This document shows, one piece after another, positions 28,383 to 38,277 of a stretch of 64,000 nucleotides of DNA. The stretch is from assembly GCA_044356455.1 (NCBI GenBank), contig JBIKWF010000008.1, positions 1 through 64,000 on the forward strand, in the 5' to 3' direction. Below the pieces are notes generated by a model. The model was not told the DNA's origin. It saw only the letters and a program-made list of their open reading frames with translations, and made no database searches. Source of the stretch: Bdellovibrionota bacterium. Its GTDB lineage: Bacteria > Bdellovibrionota_C > UBA2361 > JBGSMV01. The position numbers and the translations under genes are program-made. How positions within the stretch are numbered: the stretch's first letter is position 1; the number at the start of each line of letters is the position of its first letter.

Positions 28383-29606
28383 CTAGAGTAGTTCCCCCAA
28401 GTCCCCCCGCCGCTTGTGCATCATCTTCCGAAGGTCAATTGTTTGTTTCTCCGTGAGACCAATTTCTGCCAAGCGTTCGATCCAGGGCGAAGATTTCTCA
28501 ACAAGATCTGACAGAATACGGCGCATAGCAGGAGCGCGTACTCCGCAGCGTTCTCCGAAAGCAATAAAATCTCGCGCTTTAAGATTGTCGTCGCGGCCTT
28601 CAAAGCTAAGCGCCATGGTGCGATCGCCGTAGGGAAGCGTTGCGACAAGATCATAAGCGGGGGTGAGGCGTATCGAACCTGTGCCTGGATCGGTAGCGAG
28701 ACTAATATTCTTGGCGTGCAAATCTCCGTTAGTGATGAGGTAAGAGAAAGCCTTTAATCGTAAAAGCTTGGCGCATTCAACTATTGGTGCGGAACTACGC
28801 GAGGCTATTCCTTCTGCTATCTCACGAAAGCTGAGGCGGTATTTATCTGCGGGGTATCGGTCGAGAAATTGGCAGGCGTCTTCCTGATGGATTTTCTCAG
28901 CTTTCTTTGTGATTTTATTGAAACGTCGATCGAAGCGTTCGAGAAGAAGTCCTGACGAGCCCCCGCGGTCCTTTACGAGCATACAGCGAGGTACTTCGAG
29001 ACCGCAGGCGCGCGCCATTTCTGTGAAAAAGAATTCGTTTTCTGCAATTCTGGGAAATTCAGGAGGGCTGAGTTTAAGAATGCAAAAGCGCCGGCGCATT
29101 TTCACCTGCACCGGGAACGAAATCATGCCGGCAGAAATCTTTGGTTGTATTCCCGCTATGGTCAGGTCTCTTGCCCGCTCTGCCGGATCTTGGGCAGCGA
29201 TGGCTTTTTGAAAAAGCTCATGGAAGTTAACCTGCTCAAGTTCATAGGCCTCACCTTTCATAGTAGGAGGGGAAGTATCGGGGGCAGTTACCGAGATGTC
29301 TCCGATGATATCCCCGCCGCTTCCAAGGAGCAGACTAAAGAGGTCATCCTCAGAGGTCTTTAGTATCGTGCGCAGTGCTTTAAGGCGCAGTCCTTCGGGA
29401 AGTAATCCCGCGAAGAAAGGATGCAGGTTTGAGCCCGTGACTTCATACGTCCGTCTGCGTGGTGGCATCGTGTAGGAGACACCCTCGCTCTCTGGGGCCG
29501 CAGCATCAAAGTAGGTGAATGTTGCGCCAAGTGCCGTGCGGCGTAGTTCGCCGATGAGGGCTTCACCTTTATAGACGTGAGCAGTGCTGAGAGCCTTAGG
29601 TTCCAT
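28383..29606 (-). CDS. hipA: HipA family Ser/Thr kinase toxin
   Basis: HPFFAGLLPEG N-domain, GIQPK, ERFDR, HQED, DLHAKN, PAYDL. Confidence 0.92.
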   Translation of the reverse strand: MEPKALSTAHVYKGEALIGELRRTALGATFTYFDAAAPESEGVSYTMPPRRRTYEVTGSNLHPFFAGLLPEGLRLKALRTILKTSEDDLFSLLLGSGGDIIGDISVTAPDTSPPTMKGEAYELEQVNFHELFQKAIAAQDPAERARDLTIAGIQPKISAGMISFPVQVKMRRRFCILKLSPPEFPRIAENEFFFTEMARACGLEVPRCMLVKDRGGSSGLLLERFDRRFNKITKKAEKIHQEDACQFLDRYPADKYRLSFREIAEGIASRSSAPIVECAKLLRLKAFSYLITNGDLHAKNISLATDPGTGSIRLTPAYDLVATLPYGDRTMALSFEGRDDNLKARDFIAFGERCGVRAPAMRRILSDLVEKSSPWIERLAEIGLTEKQTIDLRKMMHKRRGDLGELL

Positions 29607-29627
29607 CGAAGCGAGGCTCCTTGAGAG

Positions 29628-29876
29628 TTAGGGTTTCTTAACGACAAGAAGTTCTTTGCCCTTGGTCAGCGTGAGAGAGAGACCAAGCACTTCAAGAACA
29701 GTGAAAAGCTTTTCGAGTCTTACGGAGGGCTTCCCGCGTTCAAGCTGGTTAACAAAGGTAAGCCCGCAGCCGGCGAACTCGGCGAGTTCCGTCTGAGTAA
29801 GGGAAAGGCGCTGCCTTTCGGCGCGGATAGCCTTGCCAAGGGCTAGGAAGTGGTCGTTTTTATGCGATTGCATCAT
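29628..29876 (-). CDS. hipB: HipB/y4mF-like XRE antitoxin
   Basis: LTQTELAEFAG...QLERGK HTH; directly upstream of hipA. Confidence 0.85.
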   Translation of the reverse strand: MMQSHKNDHFLALGKAIRAERQRLSLTQTELAEFAGCGLTFVNQLERGKPSVRLEKLFTVLEVLGLSLTLTKGKELLVVKKP

Positions 29877-29994
29877 TCTAGCTATAATGATGCTCAATCG
29901 CAGCTAAAGCAACATGAAATTATGCGATCGTATAAAAAACAAAGTTATAGCTTAAAATGGTCTGCGCACCGCCAATAATTATGCGAAAGCATAA
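29860..29994. promoter_or_regulatory. Three palindromic HipB operator candidates
   Basis: TTATGCGATTGCATCA (29860), TTATGCGATCGTATAA (29920), TTATGCGAAAGCATAA (29979). Confidence 0.75.
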
Positions 29995-30271
29995 AAATGA
30001 TGCAGTTTGAAATCGGAGAGGCTCCTGGTACAGCCTCCTGGGACACCCAAGTTCTACAGTCCTTCAGAATGGGTCAGGCTTAGGCTTGTCTGACTAACCA
30101 TTCGCAATTACGAGCAAAAACAAATAACCGCGTGTGGTGTAGAGCAAGGGAGGGAGTCCTAAGGCGCTGCTGCCGCTAAAGTACCCTTAAGCGATCCCGG
30201 TCGCCGAAGTTGAGATTGCTTAGCCCTCTACTCCTCAATCAGGGGCTCTTGAGCTTGACCACGAAGAAAGA

Positions 30272-31786
30272 GTGGGGAAGGTTACTTGCGGTGAGTATCG
30301 GAGATATTGCTTGAATAAGTGTCCCTTCATTACTTCTTTCTTAGAGCGTGTTCTCTTAGGCTCGATGATTGCTCTAGTCATTCAGATGAGCATGTTCGCA
30401 GCTCACGGGTTTGCCGAAACACTCGTGATTCCAAGTGTGGAGGAGACCGCGCTTTCGGGCCGCGGTATCGGGTACAGTGCCCCGGCAGTAGCAGAACTTG
30501 ACGGCAATGGTTCAAATGGAAGGGAGATAGTGCTTGGTGGATCAGATGGAGTGCTCCATGCGCTAAGAGCAGACGGAACCGAGCTGTGGACGGTCAATCT
30601 TCCTGGCTCTGATTGCCCCCTCTCTCCTCAAAAGGACAAGCTTTACTCCTCTCCTGTCGTTGGGGCTCTCAGAGGGGACGGTGTCCCCTACGTAGTAGTC
30701 GGCTACGGAGGATTCAAAAGTGCAAAATGTGAAGGCGGAGTTGCTGCGTATAGAGGCAGCGATGGGACTCTCTTCTGGAATTTCAGCGTGAAGGATTTCG
30801 CCCAAAAGAAGGGCTTCTTCGCTTATCGCACCATGGTGTTTTCGACCCCCGCCCTTGCGGATGTTAATGGTGATGGGACGCTTGAGGTAGGGTTCGGTGC
30901 ATTTGATCGAAATGTATACCTATTAAATTCAGATGGAACGTTACGGTGGTATTACCACGCCGCGGATACCGTATGGTCATCTCCCGTTTTTGCCAATGTT
31001 GATGGCGATTCGAACCTTGAGATGATTATCGGAACAGACATAACAAAAAACGGCGCTCTCGTTCCACCGACTCAAGATGGTGGTTTCTTGTACGCGTTTG
31101 ACACGCAAGTTGTATCTGGTGGGTTTGTTCCCTTCCGAGATCCTCAAAAGAAAATAACAAAGTGGCGCCGTTATTTCGATCAGGTGGTCTACTCCAGTCC
31201 TGTTATCGGAGAGCTGCTACCTTCAAAGCGCGGGAAAGAAATTGTTATTGGGAGTGGGTGCTATTTCCCCACTCAGTCTCTCCCGCGTAAGGGGAACGAA
31301 TATCGTGTGCTTAGTCTAAAAACCGGCAAGGTTCGTAAACGAATAAGTACTCCGCTCTGCTCCGCATCTTCAGCGGCAATTGGAGATATCAATAACGATG
31401 GCGTACCTGACATTGTTTTGATGATTGATGCCGATATCGCAAATGGTGGTGACGGGAAGGGGACTGTCATGGCGATAACACCAGAGACGGGCGCCACGCT
31501 CTGGAGCGTCTCTACGCGGGCGCTCTTCCCATTTCAATCTCCTGTGCTCGCCGATCTTGGAGGAGATGGCACTCTGGAGGTTGTCGTTTCAGAAGCTACT
31601 TCGCTTGCAATTCTTAGCGGCGCCACCGGCGCGGTGATGAATCGAATCCGGCTGCCTGGCACGGTGCAATCAACCGCGGCGGTAGCCGATCTTGAAGGGA
31701 ACGGACTTGTTGACATTGTTTCCGCTGGAGGCAAAGGGGGAGACGGCGGCCTGTATGTGCTCAGAGATATTTCGGTGGCGGAGTGA
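30272..31786 (+). CDS. Secreted FG-GAP/VCBS-repeat beta-propeller protein
   Basis: Repeated SSP..aD.dGDG..E motifs; start probably downstream (ATG 30365). Confidence 0.85.
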   Translation: MGKVTCGEYRRYCLNKCPFITSFLERVLLGSMIALVIQMSMFAAHGFAETLVIPSVEETALSGRGIGYSAPAVAELDGNGSNGREIVLGGSDGVLHALRADGTELWTVNLPGSDCPLSPQKDKLYSSPVVGALRGDGVPYVVVGYGGFKSAKCEGGVAAYRGSDGTLFWNFSVKDFAQKKGFFAYRTMVFSTPALADVNGDGTLEVGFGAFDRNVYLLNSDGTLRWYYHAADTVWSSPVFANVDGDSNLEMIIGTDITKNGALVPPTQDGGFLYAFDTQVVSGGFVPFRDPQKKITKWRRYFDQVVYSSPVIGELLPSKRGKEIVIGSGCYFPTQSLPRKGNEYRVLSLKTGKVRKRISTPLCSASSAAIGDINNDGVPDIVLMIDADIANGGDGKGTVMAITPETGATLWSVSTRALFPFQSPVLADLGGDGTLEVVVSEATSLAILSGATGAVMNRIRLPGTVQSTAAVADLEGNGLVDIVSAGGKGGDGGLYVLRDISVAE

Positions 31787-31970
31787 GCGCAGCTGCTATC
31801 GCCCTTTATCCGCGGATTGTAAACAGTAGGAGCAAGCTACGCCGGGCATGCCGAGTTATAGGGCTTGTTCCTGGTAGCGGCGAGGGGTGTGCCCCATAGG
31901 CACATAAGTCTGGATTTTGGACATAACCCCTTGTTAGGCTGCTCGTCTACCAGCGTGGCATGTCGTCGTA

Positions 31971-31997
31971 GAAATTTTCTACGGGAAAGACTCCTAG
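31971..31997. repeat. MITE family 2 right end
   Basis: GAAATTTTCTACGGGAAAGACTCCTAG. Confidence 0.7.
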
Positions 31998-32097
31998 GAT
32001 TGCCAAGAATGAAAGCGGTCACTCAGATCCTGGTAGGGAAGAACTTATAACGACTTGTGGGAACTAAGGACCACAGTCCAAAGAGTGTGCTTGGGGT

Positions 32098-32814
32098 GTG
32101 GCTATGATCATAGTTCGAAAGAATGAGGTTGCTCTCGTTGAACGTCTTGGAAAGTATCTTTCTACACGTGGTCCTGGGATGCACTTCATAGTTCCGCTTA
32201 TCGATCGTGTTTGCGCTCGTCTGCCACTGAGCGATCAAGACATAGCGATTCATGCAAAGGACTATAGAACTTCAGATGCAGTGACGATTGAAGTTGAGAT
32301 GTTGCTTAGCTTTGCGATTGTGGACCCAAGGCAGGCGTATTATGGCGTAAAGGATTTTCGAGCAGCAGCCCAGCAAGAGCTACACCGCGCGGGGGAATCC
32401 CTGTTCGCGAACTACAGTCTTGATGAGTGTTTCCAAAATAGGAAGCAGATTGGAGATAGGCTTAATGATTCGGTAAGAGCGGCTTTTAAATCATGGGGTA
32501 TCGAGGCAAAGAAGATAGCGGTAACCAATATCATCATGCCCGCTGAGCTTGTTAAAGTCATGGAGAAGCAGCTGAACGAAGAGAGAGCAAGACGGACCCA
32601 GCTGATCGATGAACAACGTGCGCGATTCGCCAAACGATCTAAGGAGAACCTTGTCGGTTCGTGCGTGAGGATTAGTTCCGACATACTTGCAAAGAGTTAT
32701 GGCACGGCTTGGTTCGAGGGGAGTGAGTGGCCGGTATTCAATAGCGGAGATAAAACTCTTCGGGCGGACAGCGAGGTAGCAATTTCGAAAGTGAACTGGC
32801 TTTTTGAAGTCTAA
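32098..32814 (+). CDS. SPFH/band 7 protein with C-terminal NfeD-like segment
   Basis: VERLGKY...PG.HF.VP.IDRV; C-terminal G...FEGSEW....L....V.I pattern. Confidence 0.8.
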   Translation: MAMIIVRKNEVALVERLGKYLSTRGPGMHFIVPLIDRVCARLPLSDQDIAIHAKDYRTSDAVTIEVEMLLSFAIVDPRQAYYGVKDFRAAAQQELHRAGESLFANYSLDECFQNRKQIGDRLNDSVRAAFKSWGIEAKKIAVTNIIMPAELVKVMEKQLNEERARRTQLIDEQRARFAKRSKENLVGSCVRISSDILAKSYGTAWFEGSEWPVFNSGDKTLRADSEVAISKVNWLFEV

Positions 32815-32881
32815 TAGGAGACGGAATTTCAAATAATCAAGGGCCATTTTTAAAAACTACCTTTGGACAACTAAGAGCCAA

Positions 32882-33730
32882 ATGGGAGATCCAAAAAATA
32901 ATGATCCACGTTACCCGGGAAAGGTAAGCCTGAAACTGTGGTCTGTCGGTTTTGTTTGCTGCCTCATTCTTGTAGTGGGAAGAGCGTGGAGTTTCTTTGC
33001 TGCGGCTCCCTGGGGCAACCCCGTGCCTGGAGACCTTCGTGGACCTGATCACTATTACGCAAGGACTCTTTCCTTTCGTGAAGGGCGAGACGCATTTCAA
33101 AAGCTCACCTTGGCCCAAGGACAGTCGGAGTCAGCTGCGCGCGAGCTTCTGCGGATTGTTTCTCAGTCATTCATCCACAAAGCAGATGGCCCTTATTACT
33201 TGGGCTTTTTTGATAACTGGATCATGTGGGTACGTAGCCTGACGGATCCGCGCGCAAAGATTTCTCAGGACGGCGAATTCTTGTGGCGGGTTGGTTACGG
33301 ATTTTGTGACCAAGCAGCAACTGTTTACGTCTCACTCGCCAAGCAGCTTGGGTTTCGTGCCCGTATACTTTGGCTAGAGGGACATGTGGTAGCAGAAGTT
33401 CTTGTGCCGAACCTTGGGGGAAGGATTGTCGACCCTGACCTTGGCATATGGTGGGATTTTTCTTCGGCTGAGCTTGCACAAGGTATTTCCCAAACTCGTA
33501 TTGCTAATGAAATTCTTGCTGCGGGATATGATAATGAGCTCGCGCAAAAGATAGCCCAAATTTATGTGAGCACGGAGGATAACAAACTCACCGCTTTGCC
33601 CTATTTGCCAGAGCTATATCGATTTGAGGCAATTTCCAGTTGGCTGAGCCTGCTACTTCCAAGCCTGGGACTATTGTGGTGCGGCGGGTGCCTATTACAT
33701 TCGAGGGCTTACAAGAATAGTACGCGCTGA
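32882..33730 (+). CDS. Membrane-anchored transglutaminase-like (papain-fold) protein
   Basis: GFCDQ, GHVVAEV, VDPD triad; N- and C-terminal TM segments. Confidence 0.72.
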   Translation: MGDPKNNDPRYPGKVSLKLWSVGFVCCLILVVGRAWSFFAAAPWGNPVPGDLRGPDHYYARTLSFREGRDAFQKLTLAQGQSESAARELLRIVSQSFIHKADGPYYLGFFDNWIMWVRSLTDPRAKISQDGEFLWRVGYGFCDQAATVYVSLAKQLGFRARILWLEGHVVAEVLVPNLGGRIVDPDLGIWWDFSSAELAQGISQTRIANEILAAGYDNELAQKIAQIYVSTEDNKLTALPYLPELYRFEAISSWLSLLLPSLGLLWCGGCLLHSRAYKNSTR

Positions 33731-33767
33731 TTTCTTAATCTTTCGGAATCGAATAAAGTCCAACCTT

Positions 33768-35087
33768 ATGAATACCACCGCACGTCAGTTATTCGTTTTG
33801 CTTCTCGCCTTCATCGCTTCCCTCTCTTCGGCTCGCGCCGAAAGCAGCATAAACAATAGCGAACTTTCTTCGCTGAGAATGTGGGTGCTTCCTCATGATA
33901 GTTTGGAGATCTCAAACTCCACGATTTGCCCGCAAGGAGGAGAGGACTGTGTCATCTTTGTGGACCAAAATGCGAAGCTTTCCGTCAACAATACAAGTTT
34001 TGGCCCCAAGGTAAGGATCTTCTATGATTGCTCGTTTACTGAGTGTATCGAATTTAGCAATGTTACTAAGAATGCTCTTGTAGTGGAGGGCCGGCCACCT
34101 TTTCTTACGGCTGCGGCCGCCACCAACCCGGCGTTTCGCCGCACCTCAAAAAGCATGACGAATACGCATCTTCAGCAGTTTTCCGGCCGGATCCCGACGG
34201 GAGAAGCTCTAGAACTTTCAAATGTGCATCTATGCGATGAGGCGGGAGCTGCGTCATGTGTTCTTGATGTTTCTCCTCAGGGCACGCTTATCGCAACGAA
34301 TACGGTTCTTGGGCGCAGGCTGCACATCCGTCCTGCCATGCGCTTACTAGAACAGGTTGAGTTTTCGAACGTTCAGTTTTTCGGCGCATTCTCCGAGTCG
34401 CAATCCACGGCGCAGGCACCCACGAGAAGTGAGGAAGTAAGGGAGCAAAACGAAAAGCTGGTTGCTGATCTCGCCCCACTTAAGCTTCGAGTTGAAGAAA
34501 CTGCTCGGGGAGTCGAGATTAACCTTCCGGGGGTATACTTTGAATTTAATAGATCAGATCTCACGCCCTCTGCGAGTAAAAATGTAACCAAGATTGGTGA
34601 TATTCTGTCGAATGTAGAGGGGAGAGTCGTGAGTGTAGAAGGGCACACTGACAGTGTTGGCTCAGATGAGTATAATTACCGCTTGTCGCGTAGCCGTGCT
34701 GAGGTTGTCAGAGAAGCTCTGGTCGCAAGGGGCTTCTCGTCTTCGCGCATCCGAGCTACCGGATTTGGTGAGAGTCAGCCGGTGAGTGACAATGCCACGG
34801 ACGAGAGGCGTGCGCGGAATAGACGCGTGGAAGTTATTGTTGAGAATTCTGGAACTTTACGCACTTCTTCGGATGACCCCACAGAGAGGCTCAATAGAGA
34901 GGCTTCTAAGTCATCGGGTCAACGTACTTCGCAAGATTCGACCAAGCGCTCCATTAGAGTTGGCGAAGCGAATAATCCAGTCGTGAGTGTGGAAGACGAT
35001 GATATCAAAGTTGGTTCTGGCATTCACGTGACCGACAAACATGTCTCAGTGCATGTTGATGGGCTACACGTGGAGATTGACAAATAG
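33768..35087 (+). CDS. OmpA_C peptidoglycan-binding protein with duplicated N-terminal domain
   Basis: VEGHTDSVG, NYRLSRSRA, GFGESQP, NRRVE; signal peptide. Confidence 0.88.
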   Translation: MNTTARQLFVLLLAFIASLSSARAESSINNSELSSLRMWVLPHDSLEISNSTICPQGGEDCVIFVDQNAKLSVNNTSFGPKVRIFYDCSFTECIEFSNVTKNALVVEGRPPFLTAAAATNPAFRRTSKSMTNTHLQQFSGRIPTGEALELSNVHLCDEAGAASCVLDVSPQGTLIATNTVLGRRLHIRPAMRLLEQVEFSNVQFFGAFSESQSTAQAPTRSEEVREQNEKLVADLAPLKLRVEETARGVEINLPGVYFEFNRSDLTPSASKNVTKIGDILSNVEGRVVSVEGHTDSVGSDEYNYRLSRSRAEVVREALVARGFSSSRIRATGFGESQPVSDNATDERRARNRRVEVIVENSGTLRTSSDDPTERLNREASKSSGQRTSQDSTKRSIRVGEANNPVVSVEDDDIKVGSGIHVTDKHVSVHVDGLHVEIDK

Positions 35088-35090
35088 GAG

Positions 35091-37748
35091 TTAGAAGCTT
35101 CTTGCCGCACAGCAGGCATAATTTCTCACAGCCCCGTACAGGTCAAAGTTAACTATTCCATCAGTTGGATTCACGGATGAGGGGCCAAAGCAGCGACTCG
35201 CAACGCGCCGGTACACCGCATAGGCAACAAAACTTGAAGATGAGCCAACCGATCGAAGAGTGACACTTCCCGTATGAAGCCAGGTGTCATCGGGGAAATT
35301 GAGTCCAAGATTTGCCCGATTCGCGCACGCATACGCGAGGTCTTGGTGCTCACACACGCGGCCGCCAAGTGAATAGCACCGGTTCAAGGCCTCTTCGATT
35401 GTTCCAGATGCAGTGAAGCTTGGCTCTATACAGGTAGGTCCAAGGTCAATCCATCCAGCTGGGCACGAGAGTGTAGGTGTGTTTCCGGCAGGTCCTTGTG
35501 GACCTATCGGGCCAATTGCTCCGGTATCACCCTTAGGCCCTTGCAGACCAATAGCGCCAGGCAATCCTTGGGGCCCTGCGGGTCCCGCTGGGCCAGCGAC
35601 GCCGGTATCGCCCTTTAATCCTTGTGGGCCAGTTGCTCCCATGTCGCCTTTGAGACCTTGAGGTCCTGCGGGACCTGTAGCTCCTGTATCCCCCTTCAAT
35701 CCCTGTAGTCCCGTGGGACCGGTTGCGCCAGTATCACCCTTGAGACCTTGTGCGCCTTGAGGTCCCATAGGTCCAGCAACACCCGTATCTCCTTTTTGTC
35801 CCGTTAGACCTTGCTCGCCGCGATCACCCTTAAGACCTTGCGGGCCTTGTGGTCCAATAGCACCCGCATCACCCTTGTCACCTTTGGGACCGACTGCTCC
35901 GTCAGCTCCCGCAGGTCCGGTTGCACCGGTATCTCCTTTCACTCCCGCCAGACCCTGTTCACCGCGATCCCCTTTAAGTCCTTGCGGGCCTTGTGGTCCA
36001 ACCGCACCAACATCACCTTTATCGCCCTTGGGTCCGGCCGCTCCATCTGCTCCTACAGGTCCAGCTGCGCCGGTATCACCCTTTAGACCTTGTGCGCCTT
36101 GCGGTCCCGCAGGTCCGACATTTCCCGTATCTCCTTTTGGTCCCACCAAACCTTGCTCGCCGGTATCACCCTTAAGTCCTTGCGGGCCCTGTGGTCCAAC
36201 CGCACCGGCATCGCCTTTGTCGCCCTTGGGACCGACCGCTCCATCTGCTCCTGCAGGTCCAGTTGCGCCAGTATCACCCTTTAGACCTTGTGCGCCTTGA
36301 GGTCCTGCAGTTCCGACATCTCCCGTATCTCCTTTTGGTCCCACCAAACCTTGCTCGCCGGTATCACCCTTAAGTCCTTGCGGGCCCTGTGGTCCAACCG
36401 CACCAACATCACCTCTATCGCCCTTTGGACCGACTGCTCCATCAGCTCCCGCTGGCCCAGTTGCTCCGGTTTCACCTTTGAGACCTTGTGCGCCTTGCGG
36501 CCCCGCCGGTCCGACATTTCCCGTATCTCCCTTTTGTCCCGCAAGACCTTGCTCTCCGCGATCTCCTTTCAGTCCTTGCGGGCCTTGTGGTCCAACCGCT
36601 CCCGCATCACCTTTTTCGCCCTTCGGACCGAGCGCTCCATCTGCTCCTGCAGGTCCAGTTGCTCCAGTATCACCCTTAAGACCTTGTGTGCCTTGCGGCC
36701 CGGCAGGTCCTACATCTCCCGTATCTCCTTTTGGTCCCACCAAACCTTGCTCGCCTCGATCACCCTTAAGTCCTTGCGGGCCCTGTGGTCCAACCGCACC
36801 AGCATCGCCTTTGTCGCCCTTGGGACCGACCGCTCCATCTGCTCCTGCAGGCCCAGTTGCACCGGTATCACCTTTAAGACCTTGTGCACCTTGCGGACCC
36901 ATAGGTCCAGCAACACCCATATCTCCTTTTGGTCCCGCAAGACCTTGCTCTCCGCGATCTCCTTTCAGTCCTTGCGGGCCTTGTGGTCCAACAGCACCCG
37001 CATTACCCGTTGGTCCTTGCTCTCCTTGTTCGCCCTTTAACCCCTGAGGTCCAGCAACTCCGGCATCGCCCTTCTCTCCTTTTGGACCTTGAGCCCCATC
37101 AGCTCCCGCCTGGCCCTGCAAGCCGGGAAGTCCTTGTGGGCCTGCAATTCCCTGTGGACCTTGTTGCCCCTCTGCTCCCGTGGCGCCGGTCTCACCTTTC
37201 TCACCGCGTTCTCCTTGCGATCCCGCCGGGCCAGCAGGCCCTTCAGGACCCATTGGTCCGGTGTCGCCTTTATCACCCTTGGGCCCTTGCACTTGAAGGG
37301 CGCCGAGAAGTTCAAGGAGTTCAGTAATGGTTACGACGGAAGATAAAAGAGGATAGCTTCGCCCAGAATGGCCACTTGTGTAGACCTGCAAATAAACTTT
37401 GCCTGAGGGACTTTTTGGAACCGAGACTGCGAGAGTAATAAGTCCGTCACGATCAATTTTTCCTGTGCCGACAATACTCGCGCCGCTCGCAGGCTTCGCT
37501 TGCGACCCTTGCAAGACAAAAACATCCGGCTTCAAGCTTATGCCAAGGGTATAGTTGGTGAAGGCCACACCTCGAATCGAGACATTTACTTTGGTGTCCC
37601 CACCCGCACTCAGAATCGCAGGCTCCGAAACGGAAATATCTGGCGCCTCTTTGTTCCAGGAATCAGCCTGCGCTTCCCGTCGCCCTATCAGCAAGCCAAG
37701 GAACAGCGCAGCAACAATCGGATTGAGGAGCAGCACTGGATACTTCAA
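35091..37748 (-). CDS. Secreted collagen-like protein with Cys-rich C-terminal head
   Basis: About 200 consecutive G-X-Y triplets; signal peptide; GAGG RBS before TTG. Confidence 0.9.
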   Translation of the reverse strand: MKYPVLLLNPIVAALFLGLLIGRREAQADSWNKEAPDISVSEPAILSAGGDTKVNVSIRGVAFTNYTLGISLKPDVFVLQGSQAKPASGASIVGTGKIDRDGLITLAVSVPKSPSGKVYLQVYTSGHSGRSYPLLSSVVTITELLELLGALQVQGPKGDKGDTGPMGPEGPAGPAGSQGERGEKGETGATGAEGQQGPQGIAGPQGLPGLQGQAGADGAQGPKGEKGDAGVAGPQGLKGEQGEQGPTGNAGAVGPQGPQGLKGDRGEQGLAGPKGDMGVAGPMGPQGAQGLKGDTGATGPAGADGAVGPKGDKGDAGAVGPQGPQGLKGDRGEQGLVGPKGDTGDVGPAGPQGTQGLKGDTGATGPAGADGALGPKGEKGDAGAVGPQGPQGLKGDRGEQGLAGQKGDTGNVGPAGPQGAQGLKGETGATGPAGADGAVGPKGDRGDVGAVGPQGPQGLKGDTGEQGLVGPKGDTGDVGTAGPQGAQGLKGDTGATGPAGADGAVGPKGDKGDAGAVGPQGPQGLKGDTGEQGLVGPKGDTGNVGPAGPQGAQGLKGDTGAAGPVGADGAAGPKGDKGDVGAVGPQGPQGLKGDRGEQGLAGVKGDTGATGPAGADGAVGPKGDKGDAGAIGPQGPQGLKGDRGEQGLTGQKGDTGVAGPMGPQGAQGLKGDTGATGPTGLQGLKGDTGATGPAGPQGLKGDMGATGPQGLKGDTGVAGPAGPAGPQGLPGAIGLQGPKGDTGAIGPIGPQGPAGNTPTLSCPAGWIDLGPTCIEPSFTASGTIEEALNRCYSLGGRVCEHQDLAYACANRANLGLNFPDDTWLHTGSVTLRSVGSSSSFVAYAVYRRVASRCFGPSSVNPTDGIVNFDLYGAVRNYACCAARSF
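35484..37286 (-). repeat. Collagen-coding repeat with a 198-bp higher-order unit
   Basis: 66-aa unit [15 protein letters not shown]...GDAGAV repeated about 5-6 times. Confidence 0.85.
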
Positions 37749-38277
37749 GAGAACCTCGCAGTTTACGGCGAAAAGTTTCGTCCAGTGCCTACCCCGCGTG
37801 AGTAGTGAAGTTCGGCGTGATTGTGAGCTGTGATGAGATTTTGAATCTGAGTGTCGAGCGCGCTTAGATTAAATTGAGAAATCAGCGCATTGGTGATTCA
37901 TTAGAATTCACAAAAATCTCTGAGCATTCCTCTCACTAAGCACTATGGAGTTCTCTGAAAGCGGCCTTTCCGTGCCGCATGTAATGCGGGGAGAATCTGG
38001 GAGGCTTCGTCTCCAACTTTGTCGGGATAAGAATCTACGAGTGCTCCTATTCGCGATAGAATAGTGAATCCAAACTACTGGTCACCGCGGCAAAGCATAG
38101 TGCAGAAATGGGGGGGCGAGGTGTGTACGCGCCCCCCTCTCTTTTCGGTCTCGTACGAGTCGGGAGAAAGACTCATGAGGAGCCCATTCGCTTCAAGCTG
38201 GCTCCACTCTCCACTCCTCGAATAGGAGAGATGGAGTGTGGAGCCAATCATTACTTCAGTGCATTCGCCAGTACGGC

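Noticed and set aside
31855..31940. attC-like GTTAGGC/ATAAC motifs
   Set aside because: Spacing far too short for an attC; no integrase or cassette array
35484..37286. Possible CRISPR array or DGR target
   Set aside because: Repeats are coding with no unique spacers; no cas gene, reverse transcriptase or TR/VR pair in the window
35413..37346. Many overlapping ORFs (PCGPCGP..., etc.)
   Set aside because: Antisense and alternative-frame shadows of the collagen repeat
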